From Neovahlkampfia damariscottae (Eukaryota), in contig JABLTG010000104.1 of the NCBI GenBank assembly GCA_016618085.1, positions 50,379 to 70,378 on the forward strand: a stretch of 20,000 nucleotides of DNA, given 5' to 3'. The notes beneath the pieces are model-generated. The model was given only the letters and a program-made list of their open reading frames with translations. It was not told the origin of the DNA and made no database searches. How positions within the stretch are numbered: the first letter of the stretch is position 1; each line of letters begins with the position of its first letter. The translations under genes were made by a program, and so were the position numbers. Below, piece by piece: positions 1-11,200 of the stretch.

Positions 1-3000
1 GTATCTTCAGATTGCTTTCTCAATAATGAAAAAAATGTTTTCAATTCATTCACTCTGATGCTATGTTTTATCAAAGTATTGATGATTGCAATATAATTTT
101 CTGTGAATTTAGAAAGAATAATTAAATTTTACTTTCTGGTGTGTGAAAAACAAGATGTTTTTCTTTTGGTTCCATTTCAGCCAAATGATTCAACAAACAA
201 TCAATAAGTCCACATGAAAAACAAGAATTTTGATTGCTGACAGAAAATTCAACAATTTTGATGAATTTATCTGTGAAATTCAAAACAAATTCTTCTTCAC
301 ATTTGAAAATTAAATTAAACATCATTAAAATTAAATCAGGTGTTCTTATAGTGCAAGAATTCTCATCAAATTTTCCATCAACAAGCTAAAATAATTTAGA
401 AATACAAAGGAAATATACTATATCTAATAAAGTTGAAAACAAAGAATTATGATTTAAATTGCCTTTAAAATATGAAATAACAATATTTTCTAATTTTTTG
501 TATCCATCATCTGCTTGTAATACAATCTAAAAAAAAAATTAAGAAGATATTTAAAGATTACTCTTGAATTTTGATTTCTGAAGATAAGTGATCCAATTGT
601 TGATAAAAATTCACAACAAAAATTTTCTGGTGTGATAATTTGTGATTCGAACATTGATTCTTGATACTTTACAGTATCCAATAATGAATGAATTTTATAT
701 GAGTACTCATTTTGAAGATAACTTTGATTGATATCATTCATTGCCAATTTCAAATTCTTGATCATATCCAAGATTAAAGAAACATCTTCATCAGTAGGTT
801 TTTCTTTTTTGAATAGGGATATTAATTTCTGATGATATGCATCAATCAAAGGTTCATATTGTCTATCTAAGTCTTCAATTTGTATTGTCATAAATTTGAG
901 GATTTGAGTGAAAGCAAATTGTCTCATTTGTGGATCGTCCAAGAAAAATACCAACAAATTAATTGTATTGTGATCTTCCATTGCCACTTTCTTGTTTGAA
1001 TGATTGTGTAATATTTTATCCATCACTTCAACAACTAAATTTCTTGCATCTTCAATTTTCTTTAATTCATTTTTATCACTAAAATGTATGATTAGTCTAA
1101 TGGAAAAATTTACCCTTTGAAATTAATAAATTTTAATTGTTGATTTTTAACAACATGTGATACTATTGAAATTGCTCTCAATTTATGAATTGAATGATGC
1201 ATTGCTGCTTCATTATAGGAAAATAAATCTAAAACAAGAACCGATATTTCTGAAATAACATTTGAATCATTTGAATTACTTCCCATTATTTCAAGTAGTT
1301 TATAGGCTTCTTCATTTAATGCTTCATGAGAATGAAGTTGTTCTGAACGATATGAATTATATTTTATAACATTAAAAACTAAATCTCTAATCAATAAAGA
1401 TGCAAAACTAATTAACTCATTTTTCTTTTCAATAAATTTAACTTCTTCTTCTATTTTCTCAGAAATTATTTCATTTTCAATTTTTTTATTGTTAATTTCT
1501 TTTGATTTTCTTCCAAGAAAATAAAAATAATCAGAAAAGAATATATCATATAAGTGTGCATCCATTAACACAGTGAGAAAAATATCATTTTTTGTTGTTA
1601 AATAAAATAATTTGTCAAAGAAATAAAATTGAAAATCACTAAAGTATCTATGAAGAAATAATTAAATTAAAAAAAAAAATAAACTTCAATTTTTCTCTTG
1701 CTTGTGTAATATACACTTTTTCATCTTTCTTTTCTTGAAAAAGTTTTGTCAACATACAAACACATTCCAATTGATATACATTTTCCATATCCGATGGTAT
1801 TTCATTATTTATAATTTTCTTATTCATTTTTGGATCGTATTTTGAATCACTTTTTACTAAATTTGAATATACAGAAAATTCAGTTAATAAATCAAAATAA
1901 AATATAAATTTCTCATTTGGAATCTTCTTTATGTATCCTGATTTATCAAAAATATGAAATGATTCCGTAAATCTTTTATCTTTCATAAATTCTGTCAAAA
2001 AATATGATTTTGATTTCTTTTTTGGTGTATTTTCGTTTACTGAAAGAATATCAATTGAATTTCCTTTTAATCTTTCTAAAATTCCTTCAGTCTTTTCATC
2101 TTGACTAAAAACGAAAGAAATCCATATTCCCATATCAATCATTCTATCATATAATGATAATTCTCCAAATGTATTAAAATAATTCTTTTCATAAAACCTA
2201 TTATTATTTTTAATAATATAATTTTAATACATCATTTGAGCGAAAATTCTCAAGATGAAAATTTGAAGATCATATTCCATTGTCAATATATCCATATCAA
2301 GTTTATCCATTTCTCTATTTGTTCAATAAAATTTAAAATAAATTAGATTTACATTTCATTCCATTTTTTTTTAGACAATAGATTTTTTAATTCTTCTGGC
2401 CATTCAAGTCTGTTTATTAATATTTTTATAGTATCAAATATTTTAAATTTATCATGTTTCTGAGTAATTTGACCAAGAAAAATAATATGAAAAATATGTA
2501 ATATTGCTTCTTCAATAGAATAAAAATAATCTTGTTCTTCTTTTGAAAATCTTTGTTTCAAAGAAAATGATTCTAATTAAAATATAATAAGTACTTGTAT
2601 TATCTTACCAAGAATAACTTCAATTGAATTTGATTCAATCAAAAATCCAAGCATTAAATTTAAATGTCGTCGATTTGTATCAAATTTTTTCATAATTTCA
2701 GAAGCATTTAAAATATTTTCAGAACGAAATGGAATCATAACATTTAAAGATTTAACAGCTCCTGAAAAATGTATCATTATTTGAAAACAAATTTTTAACA
2801 TTTCCTTTTTTTTTGAATTTTGTTAACAATTAAAAAATGAAAACCTTGAAATATAATGAAAATTCTCCTTTCAAAATTTTTGTATTTATATATTTGATAA
2901 TTTTAACAACACCTCCCAAAATTTTATAATAACCTAAAAAGCATTGATTATGAATTGAACGTGATAAAATTTCAATCATTTCCAGTAAAATATAATCATT

Positions 3001-3465
3001 TTCACTTTTTATATTGATCTCTTTTTTTTCACTTTTTTTTTCTTCCTTTTTTTCTTTTAATTTTTCAATTCCTTTTTGTGTTGTTTTTTGTTCTATTTTT
3101 GGTTGTTTAACAATAGTTTCAGATGTATCAAAATCAAAACAATAATCAACAAACTTTTCAGAAATATATTTTAAAACATTTTTTGGTGTTCCATTGTAAG
3201 TTTGTTTTTCTTGGAAATATTGAACAAATAAAATTTGAAAATCTTCAATCAAGTGGTTTGATTTCTAATTATTTTAAAGAAATTTAAAAATTACTTCCAA
3301 TTCGTTATTTGAAAGAGCAATTTCAAAATCTTCATATAAAGAATCGAGTTGTATTCCTTCGTCTGTATCAGGAAATTTAATATCGTCCAAGTGATCAAGA
3401 ATGGACTTTTGATAATCACCAGAGATGGAGTTTGAAACTGTGAATAATGTACGTAGCCACTCCAT
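1..3465 (-). CDS. BEACH-family (neurobeachin/LRBA/NBEAL-like) protein, N-terminal part; multi-exon, runs off left edge
   Basis: ATG at 3465 (MEWLRTLF...). The minus-strand ORF pieces join in frame across about 10 GT-AG introns of ~30-40 nt. The spliced segments LVDGKFDENSCTIRTPDLILMMFNL, NQNSCFSCGLIDCLL and LIKHSIRVNELKTFFSLLR resemble the conserved ARM region of neurobeachin/LRBA. The BEACH domain itself is not in the window. Confidence 0.7.
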
Positions 3466-3671
3466 ACTTGATTCTCCTTTTTCTTGGTCCAATGAAATGT
3501 CTCAAAATTTTGGATTCTTAAAAAAACCTTCCAAAATTGGGTGGTATTCAAATAAAATACAAATTGTTTATCCTTTTTTTCTTAACCGATTTTCCTTCCA
3601 ATCGGAATGTTTTTAAAGTGAATAAAAATAACCAATAGGAAAGTCAATTTTTTGCCACTTCAAAAAAAAAA

Positions 3672-4067
3672 ATGGGAAGAAGAGGAGGTTCAAGCTCAAG
3701 AAGTTCAAGTCCAAGAAGAGCACCAGCTCCATCAAGAAAATCCGCACCACCACCAAAACCAGTACAAAAAACTACAGCACCTCAAACACAACAATCAGGA
3801 GGACAATCAATGGCTGGAAATATTGCAAGTTCAATGGTTGGTTCTTTTGCTGGAAATTATCTTGCACGTAAAATGTTTGGTGAAGGTGACGAACAAGTTG
3901 ATGATGGAAATTTAAATAACAACCAAAAAGAAACAATTCCTGATGTTTGTAAAATTCAATATAATAATTTCATGGATTGTGCAAGAGAAAGAGGTGATGA
4001 TATATCACAATGTCAATTTTATTTTGACACATTCAATCAATGCAAATTGAAAAATTTCGAACAATAA
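3672..4067 (+). CDS. CHCHD2/CHCHD10/Mix17-like mitochondrial twin-CX9C protein
   Basis: Intronless ORF with an R/S/P-rich N-terminus, a central small-residue helix (MAGNIASSMVGSFAGNYLA) and C-terminal CKIQYNNFMDC...CQFYFDTFNQC (CX9C twice). Confidence 0.9.
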   Translation: MGRRGGSSSRSSSPRRAPAPSRKSAPPPKPVQKTTAPQTQQSGGQSMAGNIASSMVGSFAGNYLARKMFGEGDEQVDDGNLNNNQKETIPDVCKIQYNNFMDCARERGDDISQCQFYFDTFNQCKLKNFEQ

Positions 4068-4126
4068 ATCCTGCTAATTATTTTAAACCAATTGAATCTT
4101 GCCAAGTTTTTTTCACAACGGTAAAA

Positions 4127-4764
4127 ATGAGAGTGTTATGTTTATTCTTGATCAGTTGTTTAATTTTATTAACTGTTTCACAAAAAATCCCTTCAAAAGA
4201 AGAATGTCCATCTGACGCAACAGCCTTTGTTAATTCACCTGCCGCAACACAAATGTGGGTAAGAATCTTCTTTTTTCACATTGGTAGAGTTCAATAAAAG
4301 ATGGTAATTTAAATTCCATTCAAGATGCTATTAAAAATACTCCTTGTCTCGTACATGTTCGTAGTGAAGATGGAAGAGGTTTTTCTTTTTATTTATTTTA
4401 AAAAAAAAAGGACCCCTCTTTTGGGCTTATGAATTCAATAAACCAGGTAACTTTAAATCATTTTATTAAAATAAAAAGACATAATCAATTTCTTGATCAC
4501 TAATGGTTGTGAAGAAAATGAAAGAGATGTTTCTGGAAAACTTCCAAAAGATCTTCAACCTTCTATTGGACTTAATTTCAAACCAGGAAGAGGTTTTATT
4601 TTTTTATTCTAAATTTTGAATAAGACATCAATGGACTTCCAAAACATTTAAGGGATGATAGTAAACCAAAACAACCATCAGAAGAAGAAGAAATGCAAAG
4701 ATTAGCAAAGGAAAGAATGGAAAAAATGAAAAAACAACTCAATGAAGAAAATGATGAATTGTAA
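4127..4764 (+). CDS. ER-luminal ankyrin-repeat protein with signal peptide and C-terminal NDEL (4 introns)
   Basis: Signal peptide MRVLCLFLISCLILLTVS. The spliced product contains VRSEDGRGPLFWAYEFNKPDIINFLITNGCEENERDVSGKLP (ankyrin-like) and ends EENDEL-TAA at 4764. Confidence 0.8.
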
Positions 4765-4818
4765 ATTCCGTTAAAAAAATATAATAAATTTTATCCAATA
4801 ACAATCATCCATTTTTTT

Positions 4819-6257
4819 ATGAGCCAAGACAAAGACGAAGAAAAAACAAAATACTTTGTTGCGAATTATGATGAAAATAATCCAATTATTCAACTAAAGG
4901 ATAAAGCCGAGTGTTTGGAATTCATAAAAGTATCCGTTTTTTCGTTTTAAATTCATAGTTTACGACCCAGCAAGATGAACAAGAAATTTTGAAAGTCACT
5001 TTGACTTTGAAAGCATTGGAAGAATATAAATCTACCACTTCTTTACAACAATTGAATTTAGCATCGTTTTTTATTTTTGACGAATTAGTCATGAGCGAAG
5101 AAGAAATGTTCGTCAAAAAATTTACAACTCTTGATCCTGCGGATGAAGAATCTATTCAATTGAAGGAGTGCATAATATCAGACTCTCAAAAGCTTGCTCT
5201 TGAAAATGACGAAAAATTGAAATCAATAATTCCAGTTCCTGAATTATCAGAAGTAGAAGCAGAAGCAGAAGAAGAGAAATTAAGTCAAAAAGATGAAATT
5301 TTGGAATATTTTGAATTGAAAACAAATACACAATCATCAAATACTTCAAGTGATTTAGGATTAACTTCTCAAAGAGCAGAAGTTTTGATTGAAAACATTG
5401 ACAAAGAAATTGAATTTCATATATCACCTGGACAACCTGTTGTTAGTTCACTTGATAAAATGGAAATCATTTATGGACCAGAGGAAGAAGAAGAATTTTC
5501 AGAAGAAGATTTAATATCAGATCATGAAAAAATAGGGAAAGAGGAAGTGAAAAAGAAAAATGAAGCCACTCAAACTATAGGTGATGATATAGAAACAGAA
5601 ATTGAAGATGATGAAAAAATAGAATATGTGAATAATGGAAATGATAAAATGAATAATTCTGATTTTTCAATGTTACATGGAGCAACAGATGATGATGATA
5701 ATGAATCGTTTAAAGAAGGATTTATTTTTCAACCCGTAGGTTTAACTGGAGATTCAAGTGCAGAAATTTTATCGTCTGATATTTCTGATGAAGATTTTGG
5801 GACCCCAAAAAAAAGAAAGAAACAACCATATGAAAATTTATTAAAACATTCTTATACACCAAGAAAAACATCAAAAAATAGACATTCAATGATTTTTAAA
5901 AATTTTGTTGAAAAAATACAGGGAAACACAAGAAAAAATGAAGAAATTGTTTTGGAAGAACAAAAGAAATATATTGAATATTCCACTCATAAAATTATTT
6001 CACCTGCTCAAACACCAACAAGTTCAATTCTTATTAGAAAAAATGAGAGATTAATTCACAGTGATGAACCAAGAAAAAGAAAAATTCGAAATGAAATGGA
6101 AGAAGAAGAACATGTAACAAAGAAAATCAAATCATCACAACCCAATAGAACAGTGAGAAGAAATGTTGAAAAAAAATCAAATGTGCAAACCACAAACTCC
6201 AAACCAAAAACATCAAATACTCAAAAATGGTTAAATTTTTGTAAAAAGAATAAATAA
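4819..6257 (+). CDS. Hypothetical acidic/low-complexity protein with basic C-terminal third (1 intron)
   Basis: The exon starting at ATG 4819 joins the 422-aa ORF through intron gtatcc...catag (4930-4958). It has NLS-like PKKRKK/PRKRK and TP/SP motifs. No family recognised. Confidence 0.7.
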
Positions 6258-6261
6258 TTTA

Positions 6262-6744
6262 TTATTTTTTTCTTTTTGTTTTTTTTTTGTTTGTTTGTCT
6301 GTTTTTTGAATTTGTTGTAGCTTCTGGTTTTTGTCGACTTTGTAATTGAGGAATTAACTTACCAGCAGCAAGTAAAAATTCTTTTTCTATTTTTAAATAT
6401 TAAAATTAATGAATCAATAATTACTTGTTTTAAATTCTGAAACTGGTTTTCCTTCTTCTTTCAGTAATACTCTCACTCTTCCTTCAGAAAAAAAATCTTT
6501 TGGATATTGTTTTTTGTTTTCTAATACACACTTTAATTTGTAATGAACACATATATCAAATATTTCTTTTGTTGTTGGTTTTTCTACAGAAAACTCTATT
6601 GGAATTCTCCTTCCTTTTTTTTTAAAATTAAAAAGGTTCAAAAAAAAACAAACCTTCTGAAGTTTTTAAATTTTTATCAATATAAGCAGGGTATATAATT
6701 TGATAATGTTTTATCTCTTCTTCTGTCAACTTTTTTGAGCTCAT
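6262..6744 (-). CDS. SRP19: Signal recognition particle 19 kDa protein (2 introns)
   Basis: Spliced product has IIYPAYID...SEGRRIP...VEKPT..EI...K.YPKDF..GRVRV.LK and a basic tail. ATG 6744, TAA ends 6262. Confidence 0.95.
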
Positions 6745-6846
6745 CTTGAATTTGATGCAAAAAAAATGTACGTGGGTAAAAACGATTGGACAAAAATAAT
6801 TTATTCATTTTTTTTATTTTAATTTTTTTTTGTAAATTTATGTGAT

Positions 6847-7904
6847 TTACACATTTTTTAAGAAGAATTTTAAAATATCTGAAACTGATACAATACCAAT
6901 AACCCTAGCATCATCATCCATAATTAACAACCTATGAATTCTTGATTTTGAAAGATGTCTGATTATATTTTCAAATGTCTCTGTTTGAACACATGTATAA
7001 ACAGGTATCTTTTGAAAATATTAATTTTTTTTTTCTTTTTTTTACTTTTGGTTTTTCTTTCAAAGCTTCTTCAATAGTTTGACCAACATCAAAATCTTTT
7101 GTCATATAAAGAACATCTGTCCTTGAATAAACATCAATTACTGATCCCTTTTCATTTACAATTGGTACAGCAGATATAGTATATTGACTAAACATTGAAA
7201 TGACGTCAAAAACTTTATCTGTAGGTTTGGCTGTTTTTATTTTCGCATAAGTACCAATTCCAAGTTCAAGTAATGATTTTTTAAAAATAGGAAGTTGATC
7301 ATTAATCTGTTTCAATTTTTTAGTTGAACACTTTTTTTTTTTTTTTTTTACTTTTTTCATTAAATAAGACAAAATTAAAGCGTGTGTTAAAATATGTAAA
7401 ATACATCCATCTGATACAACAGGTGCTCTTCTTATACCCTTTTTATCAAAAAAAGTAATAACACTCATTAAACTTTCATCAGGTGACAATTGTAATAATT
7501 GTTCTGGTCTATTTCTTGTTCCAATTTCTCTCCATTTTCGTATTGTATTGTTATGTATTAATTCTTTAATTACTTTTGGTTCTTCATGATAATGATACAA
7601 AACATCAATTAAATCAGTTACAGTTAAAACACCACATATATTCTTTGTTTTTCCATCCCATAGTACAGTAAATTGTAAATCTTTTTTTTTTTTTTATTTT
7701 TTGTTAATTCTTACGTTCTTCTGCTGCCAGTCTAAATGCTTCTTTTACTTGTGTATCTATATCAAAAACCACAACTTTATTTGAAGCAGGCATCATGTCA
7801 TAACAAGTGTGTTCTTTTAAAAAATCAATAATCGGCTTCAGTAATTGTTTTGGACTTGTTTCTTCTTCTAATTGAAAAACTTCATTTTCATCGTCATCAA
7901 ACAT
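6847..7904 (-). CDS. SNF4: AMP-activated protein kinase gamma subunit (CBS domains; 3 introns)
   Basis: FLKEHTCYDMMPASNKVVVFD...VKEAF, LWD...GVLTVTDLI, ISAVPIVNEKGSVIDVYSRTDV and IHRLLIVDDD.RVIGIVS.SDILKF are characteristic of PRKAG/SNF4. Confidence 0.93.
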
Positions 7905-8037
7905 TTGTTGTTCTGTTTGAAAAAATAAAATAATATTATTGGTTAAAAAAAAGACTCCAATTTAAAATTTGTAAAATAATTTAAGAAACTGAATTTTAAA
8001 TTTTAAATTTAACAAGTTCTATCTCTTTGATTGGTTG

Positions 8038-8733
8038 ATGAATGAAACATATAACGAGTTGGTTGAACATTTACTGAAGAAGACCAAAGACCAAAATTCA
8101 AATAAATATTTTGTAGGAATTGCAGGATCTCCTGGTTCAGGAAAATCAACTATTTCTTTAAAAATTTTAGAATTATTGAATAAAAAAAATCCAAATATTT
8201 GTGGAATAGTTGGTATGGATGGGTTTCATTTTTATAAAAGTGAACTTGATAAAATGGAAAATGTAGAATATGCTTATAGAAGAAGAGGATCACCTTTTAC
8301 ATTTAATTCACTTGCTTTTTACAATACACTTTTGAATTTAAAAAAAAACAACTCAGGAAAAGTGCCTTCATTTGATCATAAATTAGGTGATCCAATTGAA
8401 GAAGATATTACAATAACAGAAGAGTAATCATTTTATATTTTAAAAAAAGAAAGGAATAAGATTATTATAGTGGAAGGAAATTACTTATTTCTTCAAGAAG
8501 GAAATTGGAAAAAGATATCAAACTTTTTTGATGAAAAATGGTTTATAAAAGTTGATATTGACATTGCAATGGAAAGAGTTCGAAAGAGACACTTGGAAAC
8601 AGGATTGACAAATGAGCAAGCATTATTCAGAATTGAAGATAATGATAAAATCAATGGAATTTTGATAAATGAATCCATTAAATCATTTAAAGTTGATAAA
8701 ATTATTGAATCAAAAAATGAAGAAATAAAATGA
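8038..8733 (+). CDS. P-loop kinase, YFH7/FrcK(YggC)-like (PRK/uridine/pantothenate kinase superfamily; 1 intron)
   Basis: Walker A GIAGSPGSGKST, plus MDGFH, RRGSPFTF, PSFDHKLGDP and IIIVEGNYL. One intron at ~8424-8453. Confidence 0.88.
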
Positions 8734-10722
8734 TTATAACTTTGAATTTAATTTACCAATCCATTTGAAAGGAACATCAATTGGAATATCCAATAACATT
8801 TGAGCTAAACATTTTCCTTGACGATCAACTCTCAAACTTTCAAGTCCACCACCTCCCAATGATCTTGAACAAACAAAATTAAATGCATTAATACCAGGTA
8901 ATTCATATCTAATTATTTTTCCATCAATTACATGTTTCATATATTCATAAACTACTTCAGAAGTCAAAACATTTTTCAAAAATTCAAAATATTCTGTTTC
9001 TCTTGCTATAATTCCAATATTTGCATTGTCACCTTTATCACCACTTCTACCTAATGCCAATGTTATTAATGGTACTTTTATCGTTTTTTCTTTTGTTTTG
9101 ATATAATTTGATGATGGTTTTGAAATTGCAAATGATTCAATTGTTGTTTCTCCTAAATATGGATAAAGTGATGTTAAATTAAAGTTTGATCCAACTGAAA
9201 TAGAAATTGGTACTGATTCTTTTGAACATAAAACAGATGAATATTGTACTTTTGGAGATATTTTTGGTCTACCACCTCCAGAACCTGATATTCCAGGTGC
9301 CATTCCTGTTGCTGATGGAGCCATTTCTTTTGCAAAAATACCTAATGCCTTTGGATTTTTATGTGAAACTGTTATTCTTAAAATAATTTCCCTTGAATGT
9401 AAAGTTCTTGAATGTGGACCATAAGTTGTTTCTGATCCAATTACTTCAATATTATAATCATCAAAATCATCTAAACCGAATACGGATAATAATTTTCTAA
9501 CCTTTGATAAAATTGAATAAGCTACTGCTTTTGCTTTCTTTTCAGCATCAATTCCACCAATCATTAAAGATCCACTTATCATAAATCCGTCTTGATATGT
9601 TAAAGAAACTTTATATGAATTTGTAGGTGCTCTCCCTCTAAAAAAATTTAGTTTTAAAGTTAAATTCGAAACCTTGCTCTAGAAACAAAAACTCTATTCT
9701 TTTCAATTTGTTTCAATGTTACTTGTGTAAAATCTAAAATTACATCAGGTAAAATATAATTTGCAGGATCATGAATTTCATAAACCATTTGTTCACCAAC
9801 AGTACCTATAAATGAACAAAAACTCAAAATATTACCTGTTGTTACGATTCCTCCTGTTTTTTCAGGTTTTGTTACCTATGAGATATTAATATGAATTGAA
9901 AATCATACAACGAATGTTCCATCAGGTTTACATTCAACAATTGGAAAACCAATATTATCCCAACCTTCTTTGAATGATTTCTCCCAATCTGTGAAATTCC
10001 CACCTGTACATTGACATCCACATTCAATAATATGTCCTGCCAACGAACCTGAAGCCAATAAATCATAATCTGTTGATTTCCATCCAAATTCATACATTAA
10101 TGGTGCCAAAACAAGTGCAGAATCAACACATCTTCCAGTGACAATGACATCAGCGCCTTCAATTAAAGCTTGAACAATTGGAATTGCACCAAAGTACGCA
10201 TTAGCACTCATAAATTTATTAACTTTTGGTATTTTTTCTTCTTCTATTAATGAAAATGCATTTATATTCATATTTTTAATTGTATTGGTAATATCATCCC
10301 CATAAATAGCAGCTACTTTCACTTTGAAACCAGATTTTTCAGAAATATCTTCTATTGCCTTTTTACATGCTAATGGATTCATTCCACCTTTGAAGTTTAA
10401 TCTTTTAGTTTCTTTTCTTACCAGCATTTGTGATAACTTTTATTTTTTTTTTCATTATTGTCTTTATCAAAGGTTTCCAAACAGATGTTACAAATTCCGA
10501 GATATAACCACCTTCACCCATTCCATCAGATTTTTTATTTTTTAATTTTGCAAGAATACCCATAGTCACTTCTGATAAATAATCACCAACTAAATAATCA
10601 ACATTTCCTTGTTTGACTAATTGATGAGCACCTGTAGAAGTATCACCCCAAAATGCAGACCAACTTTTTGATTAGAAATAATTTTATTTTTTTTACCAAC
10701 CAATTTTCACAAGTTCTTTCAT
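8734..10722 (-). CDS. Acyclic terpene utilisation AtuA-family (DUF1446) protein (5 introns)
   Basis: The spliced start reads MKELVKIGCWSAFWGDT...DYLSEVTM. Further motifs: NAGGMNP, SANAYFGA, GADVIVTGRCVDSA, GHIIECGCQCTGGNF, GRSGDKGDNANIG, LGGGG..SLRVDRQGK. Confidence 0.92.
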
Positions 10723-10766
10723 TGATGGTTTTTTCTTCAATTTTGATTTTATTGGTCAAATCAAAA
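10723..10766. promoter_or_regulatory. 44-nt divergent spacer with ATTGGTC
   Basis: Lies between the AtuA-like ATG (10722, -) and the CX9C gene ATG (10767, +). ATTGGTC at 10751-10757. Confidence 0.65.
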
Positions 10767-11133
10767 ATGAATGAAGATGAAATAGAACAACTAAAATCTC
10801 AAGTAAAGAATTCATTTATAATAGAAAGGGCTGTTGATGTATGTCCTGTATTGAATGATATCTATTTTTTGTGCTTAAATTATACACCAAAAGAAAATAG
10901 AAAAGTTGGATGTGAAATTCATCAAAAAAAATTGAAAACATGTTTAGATTATGAATTAAATGAACAGTCAGTCTTCAAATATAACTAAATATATGATTTT
11001 TAGGGTCAGGAATAATTTAAAATTTTGTAAAAATGAAGTGGAAAATTATAAAAAAAATAAATCAGAAGTAAATTTTTCAAACATATCTGAATGTATGAGA
11101 AACGTATTTAAAAACCATTATGATCCTCTGTAA
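10767..11133 (+). CDS. Small twin-CX9C (CHCH-like) protein, probably mitochondrial intermembrane space (1 intron)
   Basis: ATG 10767; CPVLNDIYFLC and CEIHQKKLKTC. Intron gtcagt...tttag leads in frame to ...NHYDPL-TAA at 11133. Confidence 0.7.
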
Positions 11134-11200
11134 AATAAATATTATTCATTGGACAATTTTTAACCAACCAAATTCATTTGTTTTTTCCAAACTTTGAAAC

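Noticed and set aside
2573..2594. Apparent 22-nt ultra-short intron in the BEACH-like gene
   Set aside because: The frame is restored only by the upstream GTAAG donor, which gives a ~37-nt intron.
3291..3915. ORFs 3291-3551(-), 3425-3616(+), 3652-3915(+)
   Set aside because: Alternative-frame or antisense shadows of the BEACH-like and CHCHD2-like genes, with no recognisable motifs.
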